Below are positions 7,308 through 16,086 of a stretch of 29,232 nt of DNA, piece after piece. Origin of the DNA: Clostridiales bacterium. GTDB lineage: Bacteria; Bacillota; Clostridia; Christensenellales; Aristaeellaceae. The position numbers and the translations under genes were made by a program. Each line of letters starts with the position of its first letter. The first letter of the stretch is position 1. The stretch is taken from assembly GCA_019409045.1 (NCBI GenBank), contig DXVG01000001.1, positions 1 to 29,232 on the forward strand, read 5' to 3'. The notes under the pieces are model-generated. The model made no database searches, had not been told where the DNA came from, and saw only the letters and a program-made list of their open reading frames with translations.

Positions 7308-7943
7308 TCAGCCGCGGATCTCCCGGAACAGCGCAGTGGCGGCGGCGGACTTTTCCGCGATGGCGTCGTACTCCCCGGCCTCGACCATGGCGGCGGAGAT
7401 CATCCAGCTTCCGCCCACGGCCTGTATCTTCGGGTTTTTGAAGTACTCGCCCGCGTTGGCCTGCGAGATGCCGCCGGTGGGGATGAAGCGTATCTGCGGG
7501 AACGGGCCGCTCAGCGCCTTGATGGTCTTGAGCCCGCCGTAGCTCTCCGCGGGGAAAAACTTGAACACCTTCACGCCGAGCTTGAGCCCCTGCATGATCT
7601 CGCTGGGCGTGACCACGCCCGGCACGATGGGCACATCCAGCCGCGCGGCCTCGGCGATCACGTCCGGGTCGGTCCCGGGGGAGACGAGGAACTTCGCGCC
7701 CGCCTCGACGGCCTGACGCGCCTGCTCGACGCTCACGACCGTGCCCGCGCCGACGGTCATTTCAGGCACCTGCTCGGCCACCCTGGCGATGCAGGCGGCG
7801 GCCGCGGCGGTGCGGAAGGTGATCTCCATCACGTCGATGCCTCCGCGCAAAAGCGCGCGGGCGGCGGGGACGGCGGTCTCCGGGTCGTTGAGCACGACGA
7901 CGGGGACGACGCCGCAGGCGGTGAGTTTTTCCATGGAAAGCAT
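7308..7943 (-). CDS. eda: KDPG/KHG aldolase
   Basis: VVPVVV, EITFRT, GAGTV, FLVSPG, PGVVTPSE, KFFPAE, PTGGI. Confidence 0.95.
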   Translation of the reverse strand: MLSMEKLTACGVVPVVVLNDPETAVPAARALLRGGIDVMEITFRTAAAAACIARVAEQVPEMTVGAGTVVSVEQARQAVEAGAKFLVSPGTDPDVIAEAARLDVPIVPGVVTPSEIMQGLKLGVKVFKFFPAESYGGLKTIKALSGPFPQIRFIPTGGISQANAGEYFKNPKIQAVGGSWMISAAMVEAGEYDAIAEKSAAATALFREIRG

Positions 7944-7990
7944 CTGGCGTATCCTCCTTTGGTCGGATGATGGGCGCGTCGGGCGCCTTA

Positions 7991-8029
7991 TGGTAATTAC
8001 ATTATAACATTAGCTTTTTGTTTCGTCAA
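7991..8029 (-). promoter_or_regulatory. eda promoter with overlapping putative GntR operator
   Basis: Minus strand TTGACG-17-TATAAT; motif (rc) atgttataatgtaattacca overlaps the -10 box. Confidence 0.7.
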
Positions 8030-8140
8030 GCGCGTCCTTCGGCTCCGCTCGCTCCTGGGCAATCCCGCAGACGCGCCGCGCGCCAAACAGCAATTTCCCA
8101 ATATATTGGAGGAAAGGCAAAAAAAGCGCGCCGCCGCGTA

Positions 8141-8182
8141 TTGCAATTTCTTAAAAGTATGATATAATAACAATAGTAACAA
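8141..8182 (+). promoter_or_regulatory. gntR promoter with a degenerate operator (possible autoregulation)
   Basis: TTGCAA-16-TATAAT; rc ttgttactattgttattatat overlaps the -10 box. Confidence 0.5.
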
Positions 8183-8205
8183 TCGTATGTAGAGGAGCTT
8201 AGAAC

Positions 8206-8964
8206 ATGCTTGGAGATCAGAAACTGGACCGTTCCGTGCCCATACCGCTTTACTTCCAGCTCAAGGGCGCGCTGCTGGACGCCATCAAAAGCGGCGAGTA
8301 CCAGGTGGACAGCATGATTCCCACGGAAAAGGAACTCTCCGAGATGTTTCAGATCAGCCGGACGACCGTGCGCCAGGCCATCACAGAGATGGTGCAGGAG
8401 GGCTGGCTGTACCGCATCGCCAGCAAGGGCACGTTCGTCGCGCGGCTGAAGATCAAGCAGGATTTCATCAAGCGGCTGGAGACGTTCAACGAGCAGATCG
8501 CCCGCACGGGCTGCAAGCCCAGCACGGAAGTCATCGAGCTCAAGACCGTGGAGATGCCCAAGCAGGTGTGCAACACATTCGGCATCGCGCCGGGCGGGAA
8601 GTTCGTGTACCTGTACCGCCGCCGCTTCGCCGACGACGACCCCATCGTCACGGTGGAGACGTACCTCCCCTACGACCGCTGCGCGTTCGTGCTGACGCAC
8701 GACTTTGTCAAAGAATCGCTCTACGAGGTGCTCTCCACCAACGAAAAGACGCGCATCTGCAGCGTCACGCGCGTGCTGGAGGCGGTCGCCGCCAACGCGC
8801 AGGACGTGGAGACGCTCAACATACGCCGCGGAAAGCCCATACAGCTTTCCTCGACCATCGGCTACAACGGCGCGGACGACCCCATCGAGTACTCCATCGC
8901 GCGCTATCGCGGCGACCGCAACCGCTTTGAGGTGACGCTGCTGATCGACACGCAGACGAAGTGA
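8206..8964 (+). CDS. GntR family regulator, HutC/UTRA subfamily
   Basis: PLYFQLK...IPTEKELSEMFQISRTTVRQAI...GKGTFV-like wHTH; ~250 aa with UTRA features (RRRFADDDP, SLYEVL, EYSIARYRGDR). Confidence 0.95.
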   Translation: MLGDQKLDRSVPIPLYFQLKGALLDAIKSGEYQVDSMIPTEKELSEMFQISRTTVRQAITEMVQEGWLYRIASKGTFVARLKIKQDFIKRLETFNEQIARTGCKPSTEVIELKTVEMPKQVCNTFGIAPGGKFVYLYRRRFADDDPIVTVETYLPYDRCAFVLTHDFVKESLYEVLSTNEKTRICSVTRVLEAVAANAQDVETLNIRRGKPIQLSSTIGYNGADDPIEYSIARYRGDRNRFEVTLLIDTQTK

Positions 8965-8985
8965 GCCGCCGCGCGGCCGGATATC

Positions 8986-9012
8986 GGGCATCCCCTGAGC
9001 GGATGCCTTTTT
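8986..9012 (+). terminator. Rho-independent terminator after gntR
   Basis: ggcatcc-cctgagc-ggatgcc-ttttt. Confidence 0.7.
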
Positions 9013-9023
9013 CCGGGAGATAT

Positions 9024-9043
9024 ACGTCATGACAATATGACGT
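9024..9043. promoter_or_regulatory. Putative GntR operator upstream of the catabolic operon
   Basis: acgtcatgacaatatgacgt. Confidence 0.65.
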
Positions 9044-9076
9044 TATACCATCATGGCATTAGGGGGGATCGCACAG

Positions 9077-10003
9077 ATGCTGACCACGGTGCTGGGAAAG
9101 CTGGACGCGGCCGCGCTGGGGCACTGTCAGCCGCACGAGCATGTATTCGTGTTGCCGACGCCCGCCTCGGAGCGCAACCCGGCGCTGCGCATCGACGATG
9201 AGCGGCGCTCCATCCAGGAGGTGCGCGCCTATCGCGCGTCAGGCGGCGATTCGCTGCTGGACGCACAGCCCACGGACGCGGGGCGCGACCTGGCCGCACT
9301 TGCGCGCATAAGCCGCGCGGCCGGCGTGAACATCATCGCCGTCACGGGCTACCACCTGCCCGCGTTCTATCCGGGGAATCACTGGATTTTCGCCGAGGAC
9401 GAGGCCGCGCTGCGGCGCAGGTTCGAGGCCGAGCTGCTCGAGGGCGTGCAGACGGCGGAGGGCCGCGTGTTTCCCGGCGCGGTCAAGGCGGCCATCGGCC
9501 AAAGCGGCCCCGAGGGGCGGCTGGGCGCGTGCCTGCGCGCCGCGGCGGGCGCGGCGGCGACGGCGGGCGTGGCGCTGATCCTGCACACCGAGCGGGGCAT
9601 CGGCGCGGTGGAGGCCGTGCGCATCTGCGAGGCGCAGGGGCTGGACGCGCGCCGCGTGGCGGTGTGCCACGCCGACCGCCAGGCGACGGACTTCGAGGTG
9701 CACGAGCAGATCGCGCGCACGGGCGCGTTCCTGGAGTACGACACCATCGCCCGGTACAAGTATCACGACGACGCGCAGGAGATGCGGCTGATCGCGCACA
9801 TGCTCGAGCGCGGCTACGAGGCGCAGCTGCTGTTCTCCCTGGACACCACGGCGGCGCGCATGAACAGCTACGAGCCGACCGCGCCGGGGCTGAGCTTCCT
9901 GCTGCGCTCGTTCCTGCCCGCGCTGCGCGCGTCGGGCGTTTCGGATCCGGTCCTTCAGCGCATAACGCGGGAAAACCCGCGACGCCTGCTCGCATCGAGA
10001 TAA
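9077..10003 (+). CDS. Phosphotriesterase-family (COG1735-like) amidohydrolase, probable lactonase
   Basis: TVLG...QPHEH, AVTGYH, VKAA (Lys ligand), LHTE, CHAD, LEYD, SLDT, NPRRLL. Alternative start at 9053. Confidence 0.85.
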   Translation: MLTTVLGKLDAAALGHCQPHEHVFVLPTPASERNPALRIDDERRSIQEVRAYRASGGDSLLDAQPTDAGRDLAALARISRAAGVNIIAVTGYHLPAFYPGNHWIFAEDEAALRRRFEAELLEGVQTAEGRVFPGAVKAAIGQSGPEGRLGACLRAAAGAAATAGVALILHTERGIGAVEAVRICEAQGLDARRVAVCHADRQATDFEVHEQIARTGAFLEYDTIARYKYHDDAQEMRLIAHMLERGYEAQLLFSLDTTAARMNSYEPTAPGLSFLLRSFLPALRASGVSDPVLQRITRENPRRLLASR

Positions 10004-10030
10004 TACGAACACATTCAAGGAGGAAACGAC

Positions 10031-10960
10031 ATGCTGAACTTGCCGGAGAGGGCCTCCAGGCCGACCATGTACTTCATCGGCGTAACGACCGGGCAGTCCT
10101 CCATCATGAGGATCTTCCCCATCTGGGCCGAGGCGCTGGGCATCGACGCCTGCATCAAGGGCATCGACATCGCGCTGCACGCGCCCGCGGAGGACTATCG
10201 CGCCGCGGTGGAATTCATCAAGAACGACCCCCTGTCCATGGGCGCGTTGGTCACCACGCACAAGATCGACCTCTACAACTCCTGCAAGGACCTGTTCGAG
10301 TACTTCGACCCCTACGCCCTGCAGTTCGGCGAGATCTCCTCCATCTCCAAGCTCGACGGCCAGCTGCGCGGCCACGCCAAGGACCCCATCTCCGTGGGGC
10401 TCGCGCTGGACGCGTTCCTGCCCGCCGACCACTGGAAGAAGTACCCGCAGGCGCAGGCGTGCGTGCTGGGCGCGGGCGGGAGCTCGCTGGCGGTGTGCGC
10501 GTATCTGCAAAACGAAAAGCACGGGCAAAACGTGCCCGCGCGCATCAACATGACCAACCGCTCCGTGCCCCGGCTGGCCGAGGCGGTACACCTGCTGGAG
10601 AAGAGCCGCGTGCCCATGAGCTACCACCTGTGCCCCCGGCCGGAGTGGAACGACAAGGTCGTGGAGGCGCTGCCCGAGGGCTCGCTGGTGATCAACGCCA
10701 CGGGCATGGGCAAGGACCGCCCCGGCTCGCCGCTGACCGACGCGTGCGCGTTCCCCAAAAACGGCATGGTGTGGGAGTTCAACTACCGCGGCACGCTGGA
10801 GTTCATGCATCAGGCGGAGGCGCAGAAGGACGCGCGCGATCTGACCATCGAGGACGGCTGGACGTACTTCATCCACGGCTGGACGCAGGTCATCGCCGAG
10901 GTGTTCCACATAGACATCACCGGCGAGCGGCTGGCGATGTGCGACCGTCTGGCGCGCTAG
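10031..10960 (+). CDS. Shikimate-dehydrogenase-fold NAD(P)-dependent oxidoreductase of divergent specificity
   Basis: GALVTTHK, VLGAGGS, TNRS, VINATGMG, WEFNY and DGW match the AroE architecture, but the canonical substrate motifs are altered. Confidence 0.8.
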   Translation: MLNLPERASRPTMYFIGVTTGQSSIMRIFPIWAEALGIDACIKGIDIALHAPAEDYRAAVEFIKNDPLSMGALVTTHKIDLYNSCKDLFEYFDPYALQFGEISSISKLDGQLRGHAKDPISVGLALDAFLPADHWKKYPQAQACVLGAGGSSLAVCAYLQNEKHGQNVPARINMTNRSVPRLAEAVHLLEKSRVPMSYHLCPRPEWNDKVVEALPEGSLVINATGMGKDRPGSPLTDACAFPKNGMVWEFNYRGTLEFMHQAEAQKDARDLTIEDGWTYFIHGWTQVIAEVFHIDITGERLAMCDRLAR

Positions 10961-10973
10961 GGAGGGCTTTGTC

Positions 10974-11900
10974 ATGAAACAGAAGGTGCTCGTCACGCCG
11001 CGCTCCTACGGAAAGGGCATGCCCGAGCTGTTCGACATGCTGGAGGCGGCGGGCTGCGAGGTGGTCCGCAACGAAAGCGGCGGCATCCTCGAGCGGGAGG
11101 CCATGAAGGCGCTGATCGCGGACTGCGCAGGCGTGATCGTGGGCGTGGACCCGCTGGACGCGGACGTGCTCGCCTGCGCGCCCAAGCTTCGCGCCGTGGC
11201 CAAGTACGGCGTGGGCGTGGACAACATAGACATGGACTACTGCCAGGCGCACGGCATACGGGTGAGCCGCACCGTGGGCGCGAACAGCGAGGCCGTGGCC
11301 GACTACGCGATGGCGCTGATGCTGGCCGTGGCGCGCAAGGCGCCGCTGATCGACCGCCGATGCCGCGCGCTGGACTGGGGCAAGATCACCACGCGGGACG
11401 TGAGCCACGCGACGCTCGGCCTGTTCGGCCTGGGCGCGATCGGCAGGCATGTGGCCCGCCGCGCGCAGGGCTTCGACATGCGCGTGATGGCCTACGACCC
11501 TTACTGGCCGGAGGAGTTCGCGCAGGCAAACGGCATCGAGCGCGCCGAGCCGGACGACATATTCAGGCGCGCGGACTTTATCTCGCTGCACCTGCCGCTT
11601 TCGCCCGAGACGCGCAACTTCGTGGGCGAGCGGGAAATATCGCTGATGAAGCGCGACGCGGTGCTGATCAACACCGCGCGCGGCGGGCTGATCGACGAAA
11701 AGGCGCTGCTTCGCGCGCTGCAGGAGGGCCGCATCTACGGCGCGGGCCTGGACGCGTTTGCGCACGAGCCGCCGGAGGACGAGGCGTGGTTCTCGCTGGA
11801 GAACGTGGTGCTCGGCTCGCACTGCGCGGCCTCCACCACGGGCGCGACGCGCAACATGGGCCGCATGGCCACGGAAAACCTGCTGCGCGATCTGGGATAG
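10974..11900 (+). CDS. D-isomer-specific 2-hydroxyacid dehydrogenase (PGDH-like, no ACT domain)
   Basis: KYGVGVDNID, GLGAIG, SLHLP, INTARGGLIDE, GAGLDAF..EP, SHCA. Confidence 0.92.
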   Translation: MKQKVLVTPRSYGKGMPELFDMLEAAGCEVVRNESGGILEREAMKALIADCAGVIVGVDPLDADVLACAPKLRAVAKYGVGVDNIDMDYCQAHGIRVSRTVGANSEAVADYAMALMLAVARKAPLIDRRCRALDWGKITTRDVSHATLGLFGLGAIGRHVARRAQGFDMRVMAYDPYWPEEFAQANGIERAEPDDIFRRADFISLHLPLSPETRNFVGEREISLMKRDAVLINTARGGLIDEKALLRALQEGRIYGAGLDAFAHEPPEDEAWFSLENVVLGSHCAASTTGATRNMGRMATENLLRDLG

Positions 11901-11912
11901 GGAGGTTTTCGC

Positions 11913-13436
11913 ATGAAGTACATACTCGCCCACGACCTGGGCACATCGGGCAACAAGGCCACGCTGTTTTCCGAGGAGGGGAAGCTCGTCGGCTCGACCG
12001 TGTACGCCTACGGCTGCCACTACTTCAACGACAACTGGGCTGAACAGGACCCCGCGGACTGGTGGACCTCCATCTGCGAGACGACGCGCGCGCTCATCGC
12101 CAGGACGGGCGTGGACCGGCGCGACATCGCTGCGGTCTCCTTCAGCGGGCAGATGATGGGCTGCCTGTGCGTGGACCGGCAGGGGCGGCCGCTGCGGCCC
12201 TCCATCATCTGGGCGGACCAGCGCGCGCAGGCGCAGCAGCGCGCCATTGGCGAGCGCATCGCGCTGGAGGACTACTACCGCATCGTCGGCCACCGCAACG
12301 CCGCCAGCTACGGGCTGCAAAAGCTGATGTGGGTGCGCGACAACGAGCCGGACATCTACCGCCAGACCTACAAGACGCTCAACGCCAAGGACTACATCGT
12401 GTTCCGGCTCACCGGCAAGTTCTGCACGGAGCCCTCGGACGCGTCTTCCAACGCCTGCGTGGACCTGAACACGCTCTCGTGGTCGGAGAAGATCGTGGAC
12501 ATCTCCGGCATCGACCCGGACAAGCTGCCGGAGATACTGCCCTCGACGCATGTGGCGGGCGGCGTGACGCGCGCGGCCGCGGAGGAGACGGGGCTGCACG
12601 AGGGGACGCCCGTGGTGCTCGGCGGCGGCGACGGCGTGTGCGCCAACGTCGGCGCGGGCTCGGTGCGGCCGGGAAAGACGTTCAGCTACGTCGGCTCCTC
12701 CTCGTGGATCGCCTCCACCAGCGAAAAGCCCGTGTTCGACCCGCAGATGCGCACCGTCACCTGGGCGCACATCGTGCCCGGCCTGTACGCGCCCAACGGG
12801 ACCATGCAGTCCGCGGGCGGGAGCTACGCGTGGCTGAAAAACCAGGTGTGCCGCTACGAGACCGAGCAGGCGGCGCAGCGCGGCGTGAGCCCCTATGATC
12901 TGATCAACGCGCAGATCGAGCAGAGCCCCGTGGGCGCGAACGGCGTGATCTTCCTGCCGTACCTGCTGGGCGAGCGCGCCCCGCGCTGGAACCCGGACGC
13001 GAAGGCGGCATTCCTGGGCCTGAAGATGGAAAACGAGCGCAAGGACATGCTGCGCAGCGTGCTCGAGGGCGTTACGATGAACCTGGCCGTGATCCTGGAC
13101 ATACTGCGCGAGCACCTTGAGATACGCGACATACTCGTCATCGGCGGCGGCGCCAAGGGCGCGGTGTGGCGCAAGATCATGGCGGACGTGTATGACGCGC
13201 GCATCACCGTGCCCACGCTGCTGGAGGAGGCCACCTCCATGGGCGCGGCGGTGACCGGCGGCGTGGGCGTGGGGCTGTTTGACAGCTTCGACGCCATCGA
13301 CCGCTTCATCACCATCGACTCTGTGCAGGAGCCCGACCCCGAGGCCGTGGCGGCCTACCGCCCGGTGCGGGAGCTTTTCGAGCTGTGCTATACATCGCTT
13401 CTGCCCGTCTATCGCAAGATGGCGGACAGGCGCTGA
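11913..13436 (+). CDS. FGGY family carbohydrate kinase (xylulokinase-like)
   Basis: AHDLGTSGNK, SGQM, IIWADQR, GGGDG, LPYLLGERAP, EGV, IGGGAK. Confidence 0.92.
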   Translation: MKYILAHDLGTSGNKATLFSEEGKLVGSTVYAYGCHYFNDNWAEQDPADWWTSICETTRALIARTGVDRRDIAAVSFSGQMMGCLCVDRQGRPLRPSIIWADQRAQAQQRAIGERIALEDYYRIVGHRNAASYGLQKLMWVRDNEPDIYRQTYKTLNAKDYIVFRLTGKFCTEPSDASSNACVDLNTLSWSEKIVDISGIDPDKLPEILPSTHVAGGVTRAAAEETGLHEGTPVVLGGGDGVCANVGAGSVRPGKTFSYVGSSSWIASTSEKPVFDPQMRTVTWAHIVPGLYAPNGTMQSAGGSYAWLKNQVCRYETEQAAQRGVSPYDLINAQIEQSPVGANGVIFLPYLLGERAPRWNPDAKAAFLGLKMENERKDMLRSVLEGVTMNLAVILDILREHLEIRDILVIGGGAKGAVWRKIMADVYDARITVPTLLEEATSMGAAVTGGVGVGLFDSFDAIDRFITIDSVQEPDPEAVAAYRPVRELFELCYTSLLPVYRKMADRR

Positions 13437-13462
13437 CGCGGATTGCATTGGAGGAAGATAAC

Positions 13463-14461
13463 ATGCAGACACCCAAACTCTTTACGCTGCTGCCCGAGGA
13501 GTGGGTCGCCACGCCCGACGGCATGACCGTGGACCGCAACGGCGACCTGATCCTCTCCTGCCCCAACTTTGCCAACATGCAGCTCAAGTCCTGCGTGCTT
13601 CGCATCACCCCGGACAGGCAGATCACCAAGTGGTTCGACGTGCCGGTCAACCCCGCGACGGGCGAGGCGCGCACCATGGGCCTGGAGTTCGGCCCCGACG
13701 GCGATCTGTACATGGTGGACAACCCCGGCTGGACCGGCCGCCCGGACCTGGTGCGCACGGGGCGCATACTGCGCATACACTTCAACGAAAAGGGCGAGTA
13801 CGAGTCCTTCCGCGTGGTGGCCGACGGCATGGAGCACCCCAACGGCCTGCGCATACGCGGCGACCAGCTCTACGTCACGCAATCGACGATGGAGCTTGTC
13901 AAAACGCCGTCGGGCAAGCTGATGAGCTGCGTGTACCGCTTCCATCTGGACGATGAGAACGTACACTGCGCAAACACGCTGGAGGACGAGAACATACTCT
14001 GCACGTTCATCACCGAGAATCCCCTGTGCCAGTACGGCGTGGACGGCATCGTGTTCGACCGCGAGGGCAGGCTCGTGATCGGGAACTTCGGCGACGGCTC
14101 CGTCTGGCGGCTGACGCTGGACCCCACCGGCACGCGCATGATCGACAAGGAGCTGTGGTGCTGCGACCCGGACAACCTCAAGACCACCGACGGCATGACC
14201 ATCGACGGCAACGGCAACATCTATGTGGCGGACTTCTCCGCCAACGCCATCGGCAAGATCTCGCCCGAGGGCAAGATCACGCGCATCGCCCAGTCGCCGG
14301 ACTGCACCGGCTGGGAGGGCGGGCTGGACGAGCCCGGAGAGCCGTGCGTGTGGATGGGCAAGCTCATCGTATCCTGCTTTGACTGCGTGGTGGACGACCA
14401 GAAGGTCAACACAGCGCACGAGGTGCCGGCCACCATGGCCATGCTAGACCTGGAGGACTGA
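13463..14461 (+). CDS. SMP-30/gluconolactonase-like beta-propeller protein
   Basis: Repeated blades PDGMTVD, PNGLRI, VDGIVFD, TDGMTIDGNGNIYVAD; GGAGG RBS before ATG 13463. Confidence 0.85.
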   Translation: MQTPKLFTLLPEEWVATPDGMTVDRNGDLILSCPNFANMQLKSCVLRITPDRQITKWFDVPVNPATGEARTMGLEFGPDGDLYMVDNPGWTGRPDLVRTGRILRIHFNEKGEYESFRVVADGMEHPNGLRIRGDQLYVTQSTMELVKTPSGKLMSCVYRFHLDDENVHCANTLEDENILCTFITENPLCQYGVDGIVFDREGRLVIGNFGDGSVWRLTLDPTGTRMIDKELWCCDPDNLKTTDGMTIDGNGNIYVADFSANAIGKISPEGKITRIAQSPDCTGWEGGLDEPGEPCVWMGKLIVSCFDCVVDDQKVNTAHEVPATMAMLDLED

Positions 14462-14473
14462 GCCGCCCCGCTT

Positions 14474-14505
14474 CGGCGCCCCGCCGTGCGACATTGCGGG
14501 GCGCC
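14474..14505 (+). terminator. GC hairpin at the end of the catabolic operon
   Basis: ggcgccccgc...gcggggcgcc; weak U-tract. Confidence 0.5.
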
Positions 14506-14677
14506 ATTCCAAATCACTATATCGTAATGTAGTTACAATATTGCAATATGCCTGTTTTCGCACATAAATCGGCGAAATGCGTAAGTTTTTATGCATTTTT
14601 TGCTCATATTGCGTGCCTTTTCATGATTAACCGTAGGAAAGCCCACAAAAACATTAATTGAAAATTTCGTTTTGGTA

Positions 14678-14741
14678 TTGACAAATGGCTCGGATTGCTT
14701 ATAATTAAATATAACGTTCCTAGGTAATAATGTCATGATAT
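14678..14741 (+). promoter_or_regulatory. ABC operon promoter plus putative GntR operator (second site at 14519-14538)
   Basis: TTGACA-16-TATAAT (14678-14705); aggtaataatgtcatgatat at 14722-14741. Confidence 0.7.
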
Positions 14742-14792
14742 ATCGAACAACCCACGCGACATGCTCTATCGAACAACCCATGTGGCGTTCCC
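14741..14792. repeat. 26-bp degenerate tandem duplication in the 5' UTR of the SBP gene
   Basis: tatcgaacaacccacgcgacatgctc / tatcgaacaacccatgtggcgttccc (20/26 identical, first 14 exact). Confidence 0.75.
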
Positions 14793-14833
14793 GCCCGGCG
14801 TTTCGCCGGAAAAGCATAGAAGGAGGAAACAAC

Positions 14834-15919
14834 ATGAAGAAGGTTCTGTCTCTGGTACTGGTCCTGATGATGATCGTCGCCGGCGCTGCGATCGCCGAAG
14901 TCGATTACGCGGACCTGAAGTCGTTCACGATCGATCCTGCGCAGATCCCGCAGGAGACGCTGGATACCACGCTGTACGTCGCGGTCTCCGTGCGCGACCT
15001 GACCAACCCCTACATCGCCACCATCGCCGAGGGCATGAACATGTTCTGCGCCTATCTGGACAGCATCGGCCAGAAGTATGAGACCCAGATTCTCGACTCC
15101 GGCGGAGACTCCAACGTGGAAGTGCAGAACATGGCCTCCTTCGCGGCGCGCGCCGGCGGCAATGCCATCGCCTACGCCGACCCGAACGAGAACACCATCG
15201 CCTGATCGCTGGCCGAGGCCATGGGCGAGTCCGGCGGCTATGTCGGCACCGCCTGGAACAAGGAAGACGACGTCTCCCCCATGGACCTGGACAACTGGGT
15301 GTGCCACACCTCTCCGGATAACGTGCTGGGCGGCTACAACACCGCTGTGGCGCTGTTTGAGTCCATCGGCGGCGAGGGCCAGGTGTTCTGCGTCGAGGGC
15401 ATGCTGACCAACACCGCCTCCATCGACCGCGTGAAGGGCTTCTATCAGGCCGTCGAGGAGTATCCGGGCATCGAGGTCGTGCTGGACGACACCGCCAACT
15501 GGAACACCACCGAGGCGCTGACGCTGGTGGAGACCAACCTGACCAAGTATCCGGACGTCAAGGGCATCTGGTGCGCCAACGACAACATGGCCACCGGCGC
15601 TCTGCAGGCGCTGGACGCCGCGGGCCTGCTGGGCAAGGTCGGCGTGACCGGCTTTGACGCCAACACCGACATCGTGCAGGCGATCGCCGACGGCAACGCC
15701 ACCGCGACCATCTCCTCCAACGGCTACCTCCAGGGCGGCTACACGCTGGCGCTGTGCTACGCGGTGTGGACCGGTCTCTTGGACGTGACGCAGATCCCCG
15801 AGGACTACCGCATCTTCGCCACGCCCTCCACGACCATCACCGCGGAGAACGTAGAGGAGTACATGTCCGTCGTTCCCGAGTACGACTTCTCGCAGGTCTA
15901 CTTCTGGAAGGCCGACTGA
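14834..15919 (+). pseudogene. Sugar ABC transporter substrate-binding protein (RbsB/Peripla_BP_4-like) with one in-frame TGA at 15203-15205
   Basis: AGGAGG RBS and signal peptide. ORFs 14735..15205 and 15221..15919 are in the same frame (NTIA*SLAEAMG). Motifs NPY, DN..GGY, R..GF, ANW, ANDNMA.GA, GFDA. Confidence 0.85.
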
Positions 15920-15940
15920 TCAGGGTTTCCGGACGGCTCG

Positions 15941-15966
15941 GGGGGCTGGGTATTTGCCCAGCCCCC
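15941..15966 (+). terminator. Stem-loop after the SBP gene (probable mRNA stabiliser or partial terminator)
   Basis: gggggctggg-tatttg-cccagccccc. Confidence 0.55.
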
Positions 15967-16086
15967 TGGCACATATCACGGCGTCGCAGCGCCGCGCTCC
16001 TTCATGCTCTGGCAACGCGGCAGAACGGTTTTGCTCATCCGAATAGACACCGGCGGCAGGGCGCCGCCGTCCAACGAACGGAGTGA

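Noticed and set aside
9077..10003. Organophosphate-degrading phosphotriesterase
   Set aside because: Family membership alone does not imply this activity; the sugar-catabolic context favours a lactonase.
10917..13472. 851-aa minus-strand ORF and other long antisense or alternate-frame ORFs (e.g. 9239..10996, 17028..18650, 27793..29169, 4490..5845)
   Set aside because: Shadow ORFs of high-GC genes. They have no recognisable motifs and overlap well-supported genes.
15203..15205. Genome-wide TGA reassignment (code 4 or 25)
   Set aside because: TGA terminates many genes at their expected ends (macrodomain gene, gldA, gntR, prfA, sua5, ogt).
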